Of a DNA stretch of 42,653 bases, positions 1 to 10,548 are shown one piece after another (within the stretch, counting starts at the first letter, position 1; each line of letters begins with the position of its first letter). This DNA is from an uncultured Christensenella sp. (lineage in GTDB: Bacteria > Bacillota > Clostridia > Christensenellales > UBA1242): NCBI GenBank assembly GCA_964563895.1, contig CAZLYY010000001.1, positions 9,112 through 51,764 of the forward strand. The letters are read 5' to 3'. The position numbers and the translations under genes were made by a program. The notes beneath the pieces were generated by a model. That model did not search any database and had not been told where the DNA came from. It saw only the letters and a program-made list of their open reading frames with translations.

Positions 1-818
1 GGAACAAGTATCATTGGCTTTTTTAGATAAAGCAATTCGCAAATTGCATTGCTTCCAGCCCTAGACACAACAACACTTGCCAAAGCAAAAAGATGTTCTA
101 TATTTGGGCAAAATTCCATTTGGCAATAGTTTGAAAAAGGCATTTTTTTGCTTTTGTTTTTCCCAACCAAATGAATAACATTATATCTTTTTGTAAGTTG
201 TGGCAATGCTTGAAAAACAACTTCATTTAGACTTTCTGCTCCCGTTGAACCGCCTGTTATAAGTACAAAAGGCTTGTCGTCTTTTAGTTTTGTTATTTCC
301 AAACCTTTTGACTTTTGTCCAAGTGTGAGCTCATTTCTTATAGGGGAACCTGTAAAAATTGCTTTGTTTAGGTTTTCACTTGTTTTTTCAAAAGTTGTAC
401 ACATTTTGGAAGATATTTTGTAAATAATTTTGTTTGCTTTGCCCATAGTCATATCCGATTCGTGCGAAACGACAGGAATTTTAAGAAGAAAAGCGGACAA
501 ACACACGGGTAGAGACACATATCCACCTTTTGAAAAGACAACATCTGGCTTGATTTTTTTTAATATTTTTTTTATTTTTATTACACAATTAAGTAGTTTA
601 AAGGGAAGAACAATGTTGCAAATTTTGCAAGATTTATTTTTTTTGCATACGGGAATTTCTATAAATTTAACTCCCTTTATTTTTGAAATAAGTTCCTTTT
701 CAATGCCATTGCCACCTAGATAATAAATTTCATCAAAATGTTTTTTAAGTTCAGGCAAAAGACTAATATTTGGGATAACGTGTCCGCCTGTTCCGCCACC
801 TGTCAATACAATTTTCAT
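1..818 (-). CDS. murG: MurG (lipid I GlcNAc transferase, GT28), N-terminal ~272 codons; the gene runs off the window start
   Basis: Own minus-strand translation from the ATG at complement 816-818: MKIVLTGGGTGGHVIPNISLLPELKK...PDVVFSKGGYVSLPVCLSAFLLKIPVVSHESDMTMGKANKI...FVLITGGSTGAESLN...VVSRAGSNAICELL. It has the G-rich N-terminal loop (GGGTGGH) and the HESD and GGS/RAG motifs typical of MurG. It is absent from the ORF track because no stop lies inside the window. Confidence 0.85.
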   Translation of the reverse strand, partial: MKIVLTGGGTGGHVIPNISLLPELKKHFDEIYYLGGNGIEKELISKIKGVKFIEIPVCKKNKSCKICNIVLPFKLLNCVIKIKKILKKIKPDVVFSKGGYVSLPVCLSAFLLKIPVVSHESDMTMGKANKIIYKISSKMCTTFEKTSENLNKAIFTGSPIRNELTLGQKSKGLEITKLKDDKPFVLITGGSTGAESLNEVVFQALPQLTKRYNVIHLVGKNKSKKMPFSNYCQMEFCPNIEHLFALASVVVSRAGSNAICELLYLKKPMILV

Positions 819-894
819 ATAATTATTGTATGTTGCTTTTTATAAAAATAATCTTTTTCCATAAAAATTGGGTCTTTATTTTTTTATTTAGGTG

Positions 895-903
895 TGTTAT
901 AAT
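895..903 (+). promoter_or_regulatory. Extended -10 element TGtTATAAT immediately upstream of floA
   Basis: TG at 895-896 and TATAAT at 898-903. The floA ATG (910) lies 7 nt after the -10, with no Shine-Dalgarno between them, which implies a leaderless or near-leaderless mRNA. Confidence 0.3.
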
Positions 904-909
904 GCAGGT

Positions 910-1914
910 ATGAAAAATATGTTAGGATTAGCGAGTGGTCAAATAGTGGGGATTTTCCTAGGAGTCATCTTTGTGGTGGCGGTTGTTTTGTTTTGCATTT
1001 TAGTGCCTGTAAAAGAGTATTTTAAATGCCTTTTTTCAAAGTGTTATGTGAATTCAATAACTTTGCGTGCAATGAAGATGCGCAACTTGCCTTGTTCACT
1101 TATAACAGAGTGGTACATATATTCCAAGCACGCAGGACTAAATCTTCAAATAAAAGATTTGCAAAATCATTATGGCAGTGGCGGAAATTTGCAAAATGTG
1201 GTGAGTGGGCTTGTGTATGCTCAAAATGCAAGTGTAGACTTGTCGTTTGACAGTGCGAAAACACTTGATTTGGAAGGTAGAGATATAAAAGAAATCATTG
1301 AAGAATGTATCAATATAACCACTTTTGAAACGGGCAATTTTGTGGCAATATCCTATGATGAAAAGGAAGTTGTTTTTAATGTTCAAATTAGTGTAAAGAC
1401 AAATCTTGACAAACTTATAGGTGGCGTAAAGGAAGATACTTTGTTGTCTAGGGTAAAGGAAATCTTTATTTGTATGGTGGCGGGTGATGATGCAAATGAT
1501 GCTCTAAAAAATTGTGATGTTTACACAAAAAATGTAAAATTGAAAGGAATAGACAAAGATAGTTTTTACAAACTTGTTGATGTAAATGTTGTTGGTGTGG
1601 AACTTGGCAAAGATTATGCATACGAAAAGACTTTGCTTGATGACGAGCATAAAGAAAGGCTAGAAATTATATCCGCACAAAAAGAAAAGGCACAAAAAGA
1701 ACTTGACGAGCAAAACTTGAAAAACAAAGTTCAACAAGAATTGTTGGAAAAGGCAAAAATTGAAAAAGAGATGTCTATGGACGTCATAAACAAAGTAAAC
1801 GAAGGCAAGATTACAATGGTAGATTATTACAAACTTCAAAATCTTATTGCCGATACTGAGATGAGAAAATCAATTTTGGATAATCTTGCTTCGGATAAAA
1901 AAACCGCAAAATAA
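910..1914 (+). CDS. floA: Flotillin-like protein FloA (YqfA/UPF0365 family)
   Basis: N-terminal TM segment, then ...HAGLNLQIKDLQNHYGSGGNLQNVVSGLVYAQNASVDLSFDSAKTLDLEGRDI...LIGGVKEDTLLSRV... and C-terminal ...EGKITMVDYYKLQNLIADTEMRKS. This is collinear with B. subtilis FloA as I recall it ([21 protein letters not shown]...IDLAGRDV...GVMDYMNIKNIDADTEMR). I chose the ATG at 910 rather than the GTG at 892. Confidence 0.85.
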   Translation: MKNMLGLASGQIVGIFLGVIFVVAVVLFCILVPVKEYFKCLFSKCYVNSITLRAMKMRNLPCSLITEWYIYSKHAGLNLQIKDLQNHYGSGGNLQNVVSGLVYAQNASVDLSFDSAKTLDLEGRDIKEIIEECINITTFETGNFVAISYDEKEVVFNVQISVKTNLDKLIGGVKEDTLLSRVKEIFICMVAGDDANDALKNCDVYTKNVKLKGIDKDSFYKLVDVNVVGVELGKDYAYEKTLLDDEHKERLEIISAQKEKAQKELDEQNLKNKVQQELLEKAKIEKEMSMDVINKVNEGKITMVDYYKLQNLIADTEMRKSILDNLASDKKTAK

Positions 1915-1932
1915 AAATAAAAGGAGAGCAAA

Positions 1933-2553
1933 ATGGATAGTTTAGCATTGATTTTGATTGTATGTGTAGCAGTTTTTTTGCTCTCTTTTTGCTTGTTGTA
2001 TCGTCAAAAAGTTGCACATTTTTTTAAAACTATTGGTGGCGGAATAAAAAAATTTTTTGGATTATTCAAAAAAGGAAAGGGCAAAGTTGCAAAGCAAAAG
2101 TCCAAAGATAGATTGGAAAAAAGTGAATTGCAATCTAGACCTGTTTTGCTTCTTCCAAATGCAAATACAAAGTCAGGGGAAAATAAAGAACAAAGTGATG
2201 GCAATAAAAAACAAAATGCACAAGAAACAATAAAAACAGGCGGAAAGTTTGTCAGTTCAAATGAAAAAATTGTTGCACAACAAAATTTTGAAAGCAAGAA
2301 GAAAAGTATGCAAGACGATTTTGACAAATTTCTTGATGAATTGGAAGAAGAGACAAACGACAAAAATACTAGCCACGACCTAGATAACTTTTTTGCAGAA
2401 GACGAAGGGGATAGTGAAGAAGAAAAGTTTGATGATAAAATAAAAGAAAACAACTCAATAAAAGTGGACGGGGAAGATGTTGACTTGTCAAAACTTCCAC
2501 CAAAAATAAGACGACTTTTGCTTTCGGGAATGCTTGATAGAAAAGATGATTAA
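1933..2553 (+). CDS. Membrane-anchored hypothetical protein with a Lys/Glu/Asp-rich low-complexity tail
   Basis: SD (aaaggagag) 6 nt upstream. One N-terminal hydrophobic helix (LALILIVCVAVFLLSFCLLY), and the rest is K/E/D/N-rich. It occupies the position downstream of floA (where yqfB sits in B. subtilis), but I recognise no homology. Confidence 0.5.
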   Translation: MDSLALILIVCVAVFLLSFCLLYRQKVAHFFKTIGGGIKKFFGLFKKGKGKVAKQKSKDRLEKSELQSRPVLLLPNANTKSGENKEQSDGNKKQNAQETIKTGGKFVSSNEKIVAQQNFESKKKSMQDDFDKFLDELEEETNDKNTSHDLDNFFAEDEGDSEEEKFDDKIKENNSIKVDGEDVDLSKLPPKIRRLLLSGMLDRKDD

Positions 2554-2755
2554 GTCGCAAAAAGTAAATTTTAATTGCTTTTGATTGATAATTTCTAGAA
2601 TTTGTTTATTTGATAAGTTTTATATAAAGAAGTTTTATTGTAAATTATAAGGCTTCTTTTTTTTATAATTAAACTTTTTTATTGATTAAATATTTTTGCA
2701 AGTTTGTTTGTCTTTTTTGTGTTTGTGTGTTATCTTTCAATAGAAAGGAAAAACA

Positions 2756-3400
2756 ATGAAATACAAAACGACTTCTTATGAAAAGATATCTATAAAAGAT
2801 TTTGAACAATTTGATATAAAGGTTGTTATTTTTGATTTTGACTACACCTTGTATCAAGGACTTGTTTGGGGAAATGGTTGGATAGAGTATGTTTACAATG
2901 GGTTAAGAAGAATGCTTTCTTATTTGCCAAAAGACACCTATGATATGCTTTGCCAAAAGTATAATATAAAAGGTGATAGAATTTTTGAAAATGTATGCCA
3001 AATGCTAAGCAATGAAAACTTGCCTTGTAGCGTGAAAGATTTTAGAGGTTTTACACAAACTTTTAGATTTGAAACTGATTACACAAAGGCAAAACTTTTC
3101 CCACACGATTTGCTAGAATGTTTGAAAGAAAAATACAACCTTTATGTTGTTTCTAATACGGCAGAAAGCAAAATCAAATTTGATTGCGAAAAAATGCATT
3201 TTGATTTGAGTCCATTTAAAGGAATATATCAAAATAGATTTGACATAAAGGACTTGTCAAAAGCACTTGATTATAAAATGATAGCGGATATGGAAGGTGT
3301 CCCTTGCAACAAAGTTTTGGTTGTTGGAGATAGCGAGCAATACGACTTGGAACCTGCCCACAAACTTGGAATGCAAACTTTGCATATGCTAAGAAAATAG
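2756..3400 (+). CDS. HAD-superfamily hydrolase
   Basis: Motif I VVIFDFDYTLY (DxDxT), motif II VVSNT, motif IV VVGDSEQYD. SD (aaaggaaaaacaATG) is present. Confidence 0.7.
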   Translation: MKYKTTSYEKISIKDFEQFDIKVVIFDFDYTLYQGLVWGNGWIEYVYNGLRRMLSYLPKDTYDMLCQKYNIKGDRIFENVCQMLSNENLPCSVKDFRGFTQTFRFETDYTKAKLFPHDLLECLKEKYNLYVVSNTAESKIKFDCEKMHFDLSPFKGIYQNRFDIKDLSKALDYKMIADMEGVPCNKVLVVGDSEQYDLEPAHKLGMQTLHMLRK

Positions 3401-3530
3401 ATTTTAAAATATAAAAACAAATTTATGTTTAAGGATATAAAAATACAATTATATAAAAAACATAAAAAATTTTAATTTTGACATTTTTTATTGCCATTTA
3501 AAGTATTTTTATGCCTATTTCTTGCTAATT

Positions 3531-4121
3531 TTAAGAAGTTTTTTTAAGTTTCATTAATACTTTTTTGCAAGAATAATCTGTACCTGTTTTTAAACCTAAA
3601 TTTTTAATGATATTGACCATATGTTGAAATTTTTCTTCGTTAGTCATATTCTTTTTCATTGAATTATTTTCTTCATATTCAATAAAAATACCCAAATCAT
3701 TTACAACTTGTATAGCCATTTCTTGATAGCCATTAGAAAATATATAACTATCGTTGTGTAAGTTGCAATAATTGTTTAAACCTGCTAGGGTTAGTATATC
3801 TATCATTTTATCCTTGTCTTCAATATATGTTTTTGTTTTTTCTTCGCCAATTACATTGTCTAGACAATCATAGTCTTTTTTCTTATAACATATTTGAGTT
3901 TGAGACTTGCCATTTTCTATTATTTCACGTACTAAAATTGAATTTTTGATTAATTCTTGAAAGTCTATATTTGAGATATCATCTAATCTAGTAAAATACC
4001 AATCGTTTAGTTGAAAATTTTTGACAATATTAAATCCCAAACTTTTTAATTGTTTGAATAAGTCGTTTTTTGTTTCAAAAACTTGCACTGTTATTTCTGT
4101 TTCTTGCATATCTATCTCCAA
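3531..4121 (-). CDS. CYTH-like domain protein (triphosphate tunnel metalloenzyme / class IV adenylate cyclase-like)
   Basis: N-terminal acidic strand ETEITVQV (a degenerate ExExK), ILVREI...QICYKKKD (R/K tunnel residues) and C-terminal LGIFIEYEE (GxFxExE-like). Assigned by pattern recognition only. Confidence 0.5.
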   Translation of the reverse strand: MEIDMQETEITVQVFETKNDLFKQLKSLGFNIVKNFQLNDWYFTRLDDISNIDFQELIKNSILVREIIENGKSQTQICYKKKDYDCLDNVIGEEKTKTYIEDKDKMIDILTLAGLNNYCNLHNDSYIFSNGYQEMAIQVVNDLGIFIEYEENNSMKKNMTNEEKFQHMVNIIKNLGLKTGTDYSCKKVLMKLKKTS

Positions 4122-4310
4122 TTTTTGTTTATTTTATCAAAAGGAATGTTTTATTGCAAACCTATATTACACTTTGACGCAAGGAATTAATCTTTGGCTC
4201 ATTTTTTAATTAAAAATGGGCTATTTTTTTGTAAAAGTTAAGTTTTTCAATTTGAAAAAACAAAAAAGTGTGTTAAAATTAAACGAAAATATTATTTTGG
4301 GAGAGCAAAA

Positions 4311-6257
4311 TTGGGTAGTTATAACGCAAAGGACTTGGTTGTTTTGGAAGGCTTAGATGCTGTTAGACTTCGTCCAGGTATGTATATTGGTTCAACAGGG
4401 AGTAAAGGTGTACACCATATTTTGTGGGAAATTGTTGATAATAGTATTGACGAAATTACCAATGGTTTTGGTGGGCATATCACCGTTACTTTGCACAAGG
4501 ACGGTTCTGCAACTGTAGAAGATGATGGTAGGGGTATCCCTGTGGATATTCACCCACAATACAAAGTTTCGGGGGCGGAACTTGTTTTTACAAAATTGCA
4601 TGCGGGCGGGAAATTTGACTCGCACAATTATTCATACTCTGGCGGTCTTCATGGCGTTGGCGCAAGTGTTACAAATGCTCTTAGTGAGTATCTTTATTGC
4701 CAAATTGCCAAGGACGGCAAATTGTATGAAATTTCTTTTGAAAGCATTGCGGACAAAAAAGGAAAGGTGCATGGCGGAGTAAAAAGCAAGGATTTGACAT
4801 GTATTGGCAAAACGGATAAAACAGGCACAACTGTTACTTTTATGCCCGATAAACGTATTTTTGGTGCCAATGTGCTTGAAAGTGGTGTTATCAAAAAGAG
4901 ATTAAAGGAACTTGCTTTTTTAAACAAAGGCCTTGAACTTGTCTTTATTGACGAAAAGGAAGGGAAAGAAAGCATTTACAAATTTGATGGCGGATTGGTT
5001 GACTTTATAAATTATCTAAACGATGCAAAGACACCACTTTTCAAAAATCCTATTTTTGTAGAAGATGAAAATGAAAGACTTAAAATGTCCGTTGCTATTG
5101 TGTATACAAGCGATTATACGGATAGTGTTTTTTCGTATGTCAACAATATTCCAACAACCGAAGGTGGTACGCACGAAGTTGGGTTTAGAAATGGTCTTAC
5201 AAAAGTTTTGAATTTGGTCGCACGAAAACTCAATATTTTAAAGGACAAGGACGAGAACCTTTTGGGAGAAGACTACAAGGAAGGTTTGAGTGCTATTTTG
5301 TCAATCAAAATGAGAGATATAGAGTTTGAAGGGCAAACAAAAACCAAACTTGGCAACCCAGAAGTCAAGGGAATTGTTGAGGGAATGATTGTCAAGGAAC
5401 TTACAAGATTTTTTGACAAAAAGGAAAACTTACCTATTGCTCAAAGTATTTTTGAAAAAGCAAAAGAAGCACAAAAAGCAAGACTTGCAGCCAAAAAAGC
5501 AAAGGAAGTTACAAGAGCAAAAAACAGCATTGAGAACTCATCTCTTGTTGGCAAACTTGCAAATTGTTCGGGCAAAAAACCAGAACTTAACGAGTTGTTT
5601 ATTGTTGAGGGCGACAGTGCAGGCGGAAGTGCAAAGCAAGCAAGAGACCGCGGATTTCAAGCCATATTGCCACTTAAAGGAAAGCCACTTAATGCCGAAA
5701 AAAAGCGTCTAGAACAAGTCCTTGCAAACGAAGAAATTAGGACAATTATTGCTACTTTGGGGACAGGAATTGGCGAAGATTTTTCGTTGAAAGATTTAAA
5801 GTTTTACAAGGTTATAATTTTGTCCGATGCCGACCAAGACGGCGCACATATTAGAGCAATTTTGCTTACATTCTTTTATAGATATATGAAGGAACTTATT
5901 ACCAATGGACACGTTTTTATTGGGCTTCCACCACTTTACAAAGTGGAAAAGAAAGGCGAAGTAAAGTATGTCTATTCGGATAGAGAATTGCCTAATGCAA
6001 TAAAGGAAATTGGCAAAGGATATACCATTCAAAGATACAAAGGTCTTGGGGAAATGAACCCAGAACAACTTTGGGAAACAACAATGGATCCAAACAAACG
6101 TACACTTGTGAGAGTTGGTGTAGATGATGTTGCAAATGCGGAACTTCTCATAACCACTCTTATGGGCAACGACATTGATGCAAGAAAAAAATATCTTGCT
6201 CAATATGTGGACTTTAACAAACAAGATAATTTTATGAAGATTGACGAAAGGAAATAA
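4311..6257 (+). CDS. parE: Type IIA DNA topoisomerase subunit B (GyrB/ParE family; probably topoisomerase IV ParE given its partner)
   Basis: TTG start with SD gggagag. [32 protein letters not shown] (GHKL ATPase N-box), [31 protein letters not shown] and [10 protein letters not shown] (Toprim), DADQDGAHI. 648 aa. Confidence 0.9.
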   Translation: MGSYNAKDLVVLEGLDAVRLRPGMYIGSTGSKGVHHILWEIVDNSIDEITNGFGGHITVTLHKDGSATVEDDGRGIPVDIHPQYKVSGAELVFTKLHAGGKFDSHNYSYSGGLHGVGASVTNALSEYLYCQIAKDGKLYEISFESIADKKGKVHGGVKSKDLTCIGKTDKTGTTVTFMPDKRIFGANVLESGVIKKRLKELAFLNKGLELVFIDEKEGKESIYKFDGGLVDFINYLNDAKTPLFKNPIFVEDENERLKMSVAIVYTSDYTDSVFSYVNNIPTTEGGTHEVGFRNGLTKVLNLVARKLNILKDKDENLLGEDYKEGLSAILSIKMRDIEFEGQTKTKLGNPEVKGIVEGMIVKELTRFFDKKENLPIAQSIFEKAKEAQKARLAAKKAKEVTRAKNSIENSSLVGKLANCSGKKPELNELFIVEGDSAGGSAKQARDRGFQAILPLKGKPLNAEKKRLEQVLANEEIRTIIATLGTGIGEDFSLKDLKFYKVIILSDADQDGAHIRAILLTFFYRYMKELITNGHVFIGLPPLYKVEKKGEVKYVYSDRELPNAIKEIGKGYTIQRYKGLGEMNPEQLWETTMDPNKRTLVRVGVDDVANAELLITTLMGNDIDARKKYLAQYVDFNKQDNFMKIDERK

Positions 6258-6259
6258 TT

Positions 6260-9200
6260 ATGGACAACTTTCCGCCTGATGATGAAGAAAGAAACAAGAT
6301 TATTGACGGACAGATGGACATTGGGGAACTACTTTTTAGACCTGTTGACGATGGGGACGAGAAGGAGCCCCAACGAGATAAAGGTCTAGTCAAGGGACAA
6401 ATTCAATTTGATTTTTTAAATTTTGATGAGGAAAATATGAAGAAAAAAGACGACGAAAAACAAGAGTTGCTTAAAAAGTTAAATAAGGGAACAAGACTTG
6501 AAAGAGAAGAAAAAGAGTTGGGGTTGCTTAAAAAAGTGTCCCAAGATTTGCCATCTCAAGAAAAGAAGTCTAGCAAGCAACAAAAAGACGGAAAAGAAAC
6601 TTTGAAGGATAAAATTTTGTCAAAAGTTGCGGAAAAAGAGAATAAAAAGGCAAAAAAAGAAGTTGCAAGCAAAAGCGAAAAGCCTTTCAAACAAGTTGAA
6701 GCAACAAAAAAAGTTAAAAAAGAAGTTGAAGAAATAAAAGAAAAAAGTAGTGCTAGAAAAACCGAAATAAAAAAAGAAAAATCAAAAAAAATAGAAAATA
6801 GTGATGAAATTTTGGATACGGATATTTTCTTTCAAGATGCGGAAAGCATAAAGACTAGGGCAGAAGTAGAAAGTCTTAATAAAGGCTTTGAAGATGTAAA
6901 CAAAAGTGTTGGTAGTAATGTTTTTGAAAGTGTAAATGAAGTAAAAACAACCGACGTTGAAAGAGTTTACACCGATTCTGCTCCAGAAGAAATTGTAGAT
7001 GGTGTGTTGTACAAAAGTCTTGACGCGGTGCTTCACGAGTCAATGATTCCATACTCCGAGCACGTTATTTTGGACAGGGCACTTCCACGAGTAGAAGACG
7101 GCTTGAAACCTGTTCAAAGAAGAATTTTGTATGATATGCTTGAACTGGGCAATTTGCCTGACAAACCTTTCAAAAAGTCTGCACGTATTGTTGGGGACTG
7201 TCTTGGTAAATATCACCCACATGGCGATGCTTCTGTTTATGATGCGCTTGTCCGTATGGCTCAACCTTTCAACTTTAATGAAGTTTTGGTGCAAGGTCAT
7301 GGAAACTTTGGTAGTGTAGATGGCGATAGTGCTGCCGCTATGCGTTATACCGAAGCACGATTATCACCTTTGGCTCTTGAACTTTTGAGAGATTTGGATA
7401 AAAACACTGTCAAATGGGGCTTAAACTTTGACGACACTTTGAAAGAACCAGAAATGTTGCCGGGGAGATTTCCAAACCTTTTGGTAAATGGTTCTACAGG
7501 TATTGCCGTTGGACTTGCAACCAACATTCCACCACACAACTTGGGAGAATGTATTGACGGTGTTGTTGCGTATATTGACAATCCAAAAATAACCTTAAAG
7601 GAAATGCTTAAAATTATCAAGGGGCCAGATTTCCCAACAGGTGGATACATTTTGAGCAATTCGGAGTTGTATCAAGCATACGAAACAGGGCGTGGCAAAC
7701 TTTATGTAAGAGCAAAAATGCATATTGAAGGGACGGACAAACAAAGCATTGTTATAACGGAATTGCCTTATCAAGTCAACAAAGCAAGTCTTCTCCAAAA
7801 AATAGCCCAACTAAAAGAAGATGAAAAGTATAATTTAACAGGCATTCAAGAAATTCGTGATGAGTCGGATAGAGATGGTATGCGTGCGGTGATTAGACTA
7901 AAAAAAGATGCAAATGTTAAACAAGTTTACAATTCACTTCTCAAAAATACCGAACTTCAAGGCACTTTTGGTGTCAATATGGTTGCAATTGCAGGCGGAA
8001 AGCCAAAGCAAATGGGCTTGCTTGACATTATTTCATATTATGCGGAATATCAAAGGGAAGTTGTTTTACGTCGTACCAAATATGACTTAGAACAAGCCAA
8101 GGAAAGAGCACATATTTTGCAAGGTCTTATCATTGCAATCAAAAATATTGATGCGGTTGTGAAGATTATCAAAACTTCTCAAAACACAACGGAAGCAAAA
8201 AGTAGACTTAAAGAAAAATTCAATTTGAGTGATAGACAAGCACAAGCAATTCTTGATATGCGTCTTGCTAGACTTACAAGTCTTGAAGTTTACAAACTCG
8301 AAACCGAACTCAAAGAACTTGAAGAACTTATAAAAAAATACACCGAAATTGTCAATTCTACTAAGAAACAATTTTCCGTTGTCAAAAGCGAAATGCTTGC
8401 AATCAAAAAGCAATACAAGAGAGATCGTGTAACAACTTATTTGAAAGAATCAAGTGAACTTCAAGTGGAAGATGTAAAGGAAAAGGTTGTTGAAGTAAAA
8501 GAATATATGTTGCTCAAAACAGCCGATGAAAAATTAAAAGCGGTAAGCCTAAAAAATTTCAATGCTTCTAATAGAGAGATAACAGACAATACTCAACCAA
8601 ATGATATAATCACACTTTCACTCAAAACCAATAGTTTATCCACCATACTTGCCTTTACAAACTTTGGCAATTGCCACAAGATAAAGATGTCTATGATAAA
8701 CGAACAAAAATATCGTGATAAAGGTGTTGACGATTGGGTTATTTTCAAAACGTTGCAAAAGAAAGAAAACATTGTTGCATTGTTTAATGAAGAAGATATG
8801 GAAAAGCCGGGCAACCTTATGTTCTATTCCAAATTTGGTATGATAAAGAAGACGGAAAAGAAGGAATACAATTTGCTAAAAGTGTCTTATCAAGCAATGA
8901 AATTAAGAGATGGCGATGAACTTATAAAAGTGGAAGAAGAAAAGCAAATAAATTACAACCTTGCTTTTGTAACAAAAGAAGGAATGGTACTTAATGCAAA
9001 GACAGATGATATTCCACTTCAAGGTCGTGTTGCTGGCGGTGTAAAGGGCATAAATCTTTCGGGCAACGACTATTGCAAGTGTATTGAAAGTAGCGAAAAT
9101 ATGGAAGGCGAACTTGTTGTCGTGTCGTCAACTGGTCAATGCAAACGAGTTATCTTTGCAACAATTGATGAAAGTGCAAGATATAGAAAGGGTATAAAAA

Positions 9201-9394
9201 TTGCGAACGAAGATGTTGCATTTTGTACCTTGGTGAAAAAGCCAAAAACAATTTGTATTGTTGATAGCGAAAACAATTTGTACTACAAGTCAAGCGACTT
9301 AATTCACATTATGTCCCGTCTTGACAAAGGTAAACCATTTGAAAAAACAAAGAAAATGATGTTTGTATCAAAAGGTTTTACCGCAATTGAATAA
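6260..9394 (+). CDS. parC: Type IIA DNA topoisomerase subunit A (GyrA/ParC family; ParC-like, no GyrA box seen) with an unusual ~255-aa K/E-rich N-terminal extension
   Basis: The ATG lies 3 nt after the subunit B stop, with SD aaagga. The conserved core starts near aa 262 ([30 protein letters not shown] ... [18 protein letters not shown] ... [21 protein letters not shown]). KPVQRR and EARLSP are ParC-like, and I found no QRRGGKG-type GyrA box in the C-terminal beta-pinwheel region. The gene pair is not next to dnaA/recF. Confidence 0.85.
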   Translation: MDNFPPDDEERNKIIDGQMDIGELLFRPVDDGDEKEPQRDKGLVKGQIQFDFLNFDEENMKKKDDEKQELLKKLNKGTRLEREEKELGLLKKVSQDLPSQEKKSSKQQKDGKETLKDKILSKVAEKENKKAKKEVASKSEKPFKQVEATKKVKKEVEEIKEKSSARKTEIKKEKSKKIENSDEILDTDIFFQDAESIKTRAEVESLNKGFEDVNKSVGSNVFESVNEVKTTDVERVYTDSAPEEIVDGVLYKSLDAVLHESMIPYSEHVILDRALPRVEDGLKPVQRRILYDMLELGNLPDKPFKKSARIVGDCLGKYHPHGDASVYDALVRMAQPFNFNEVLVQGHGNFGSVDGDSAAAMRYTEARLSPLALELLRDLDKNTVKWGLNFDDTLKEPEMLPGRFPNLLVNGSTGIAVGLATNIPPHNLGECIDGVVAYIDNPKITLKEMLKIIKGPDFPTGGYILSNSELYQAYETGRGKLYVRAKMHIEGTDKQSIVITELPYQVNKASLLQKIAQLKEDEKYNLTGIQEIRDESDRDGMRAVIRLKKDANVKQVYNSLLKNTELQGTFGVNMVAIAGGKPKQMGLLDIISYYAEYQREVVLRRTKYDLEQAKERAHILQGLIIAIKNIDAVVKIIKTSQNTTEAKSRLKEKFNLSDRQAQAILDMRLARLTSLEVYKLETELKELEELIKKYTEIVNSTKKQFSVVKSEMLAIKKQYKRDRVTTYLKESSELQVEDVKEKVVEVKEYMLLKTADEKLKAVSLKNFNASNREITDNTQPNDIITLSLKTNSLSTILAFTNFGNCHKIKMSMINEQKYRDKGVDDWVIFKTLQKKENIVALFNEEDMEKPGNLMFYSKFGMIKKTEKKEYNLLKVSYQAMKLRDGDELIKVEEEKQINYNLAFVTKEGMVLNAKTDDIPLQGRVAGGVKGINLSGNDYCKCIESSENMEGELVVVSSTGQCKRVIFATIDESARYRKGIKIANEDVAFCTLVKKPKTICIVDSENNLYYKSSDLIHIMSRLDKGKPFEKTKKMMFVSKGFTAIE

Positions 9395-9588
9395 AATATT
9401 TATTCAAAGTTTAATAAAAAAATATAAAAAGAAACTTTGCTTTTTGGGGGTTACTTCAGTTTGCATTGTTTCTTTTTTTTGTCATAAAATTTTTTGTTTG
9501 GATATAACAATAAATGTAGGAGTAAATTTGCAAAAAAAGATAAATTTTGACAATGGTTGACAAAAAATAAATTTTAAAAGGGTGTAGT

Positions 9589-10377
9589 ATGAAAAAGCGT
9601 AGGAGAATAAATTTTGTTGTAATAAAATCTCGTATAATTTGTTTTGCATTTTTAATTGTTGGGTTGATTGTATTGCTTGGTTGCAATTTTGGAGATGAAG
9701 AAGCACTTGCAAGTGTGTTTTTGGGGGTAAAAAGAAAAGTTCCTATTTATAGTGTGGCAAGAGAAGACAAAACCATTGCAATTTCATTTGATGCCGCTTG
9801 GGGTAGCGACAAAACGGATAAAATTTTGTCAATTTTAAAGGAATGCGACACACAAGCAACTTTCTTTTTGGTGGGTATGTGGGTGGATAAAAACGAAGAC
9901 TTGACAAAAAAGATTGCCGATATGGGACACGAAATTGGGACTCATAGCAACACTCACAAAGATTTTGTCAAGTTGTCAAATGACCAAATTACACTTGAAC
10001 TTGCAACTTCCAAAAGCAAAATTGAAAGGGCTAGTGGAAAAGAGGTTAAACTTTTTAGAGCCCCTTATGGAAGTTACAACAACAATACTCTTGATATAGC
10101 AAATTCTTTGGGACTCAAAACTATTCAATGGGACGTTGATTCTCTTGATTGGAAGGGTATATCAAGTGCTACAATTTGCCAAAATGTTCTAAAAAAAGTT
10201 AAGAGTGGTTCTATTATTTTGTGCCACAACAATGCCGAACATATTGTTGATGCTTTGCCTACTATACTAACAACTCTCAAAGGTCGTGGTTATAAATTTG
10301 TTACAATTAGCAATTTGCTATTAAATGGTGAAACGTCAATAGACAACACTGGTAGACAAATTTTAAAACAAAATTAG
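9589..10377 (+). CDS. Polysaccharide deacetylase (NodB homology domain; PdaA/PdaB-like)
   Basis: N-terminal TM/signal anchor, then IAISFDAAWGSD, ATFFLVGMW, HEIGTHSNTH, LFRAPYGSYN, and LCHNN (the NodB motif series). Confidence 0.85.
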   Translation: MKKRRRINFVVIKSRIICFAFLIVGLIVLLGCNFGDEEALASVFLGVKRKVPIYSVAREDKTIAISFDAAWGSDKTDKILSILKECDTQATFFLVGMWVDKNEDLTKKIADMGHEIGTHSNTHKDFVKLSNDQITLELATSKSKIERASGKEVKLFRAPYGSYNNNTLDIANSLGLKTIQWDVDSLDWKGISSATICQNVLKKVKSGSIILCHNNAEHIVDALPTILTTLKGRGYKFVTISNLLLNGETSIDNTGRQILKQN

Positions 10378-10548
10378 TTTTATCAAAAAAATTAAATAAA
10401 CCAAAGATTTACGAGCAATTTTGTTTTGAAGATTATTACTTTTTAAACTTTTTAAATGTTTTTCTTACCTTTTAGTTACAAAAAACAATAAAATGTTGCA
10501 AATTAAAGAAGATTTATTCAAAAGATTTACGCAAAAAGGAGAAATAAT

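Noticed and set aside
430-723. 97-aa plus-strand ORF from the track, and the many other 60-150 aa ORFs antisense to or nested in long genes (for example 1026-1250, 2004-2453, 4392-4975, 5796-6224, 6782-8814, 14349-16158, 35685-36637, 36991-37605, 40850-41467)
   Set aside because: Each lies entirely inside a well-supported longer CDS on the opposite strand or in another frame. They have odd composition (F/L/I/C-rich or K-rich mirror translations) and no SD, which is typical of AT-rich shadow ORFs.
4311-9394. Calling the topoisomerase pair DNA gyrase (gyrB/gyrA)
   Set aside because: This is not fully excluded. However, I found no GyrA-box (QRRGGKG-like) in the C-terminal domain, the KPVQRR and EARLSP strings are ParC-like, and the pair is not in the dnaA-recF context. 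I therefore label it topo-IV-like with reduced confidence.
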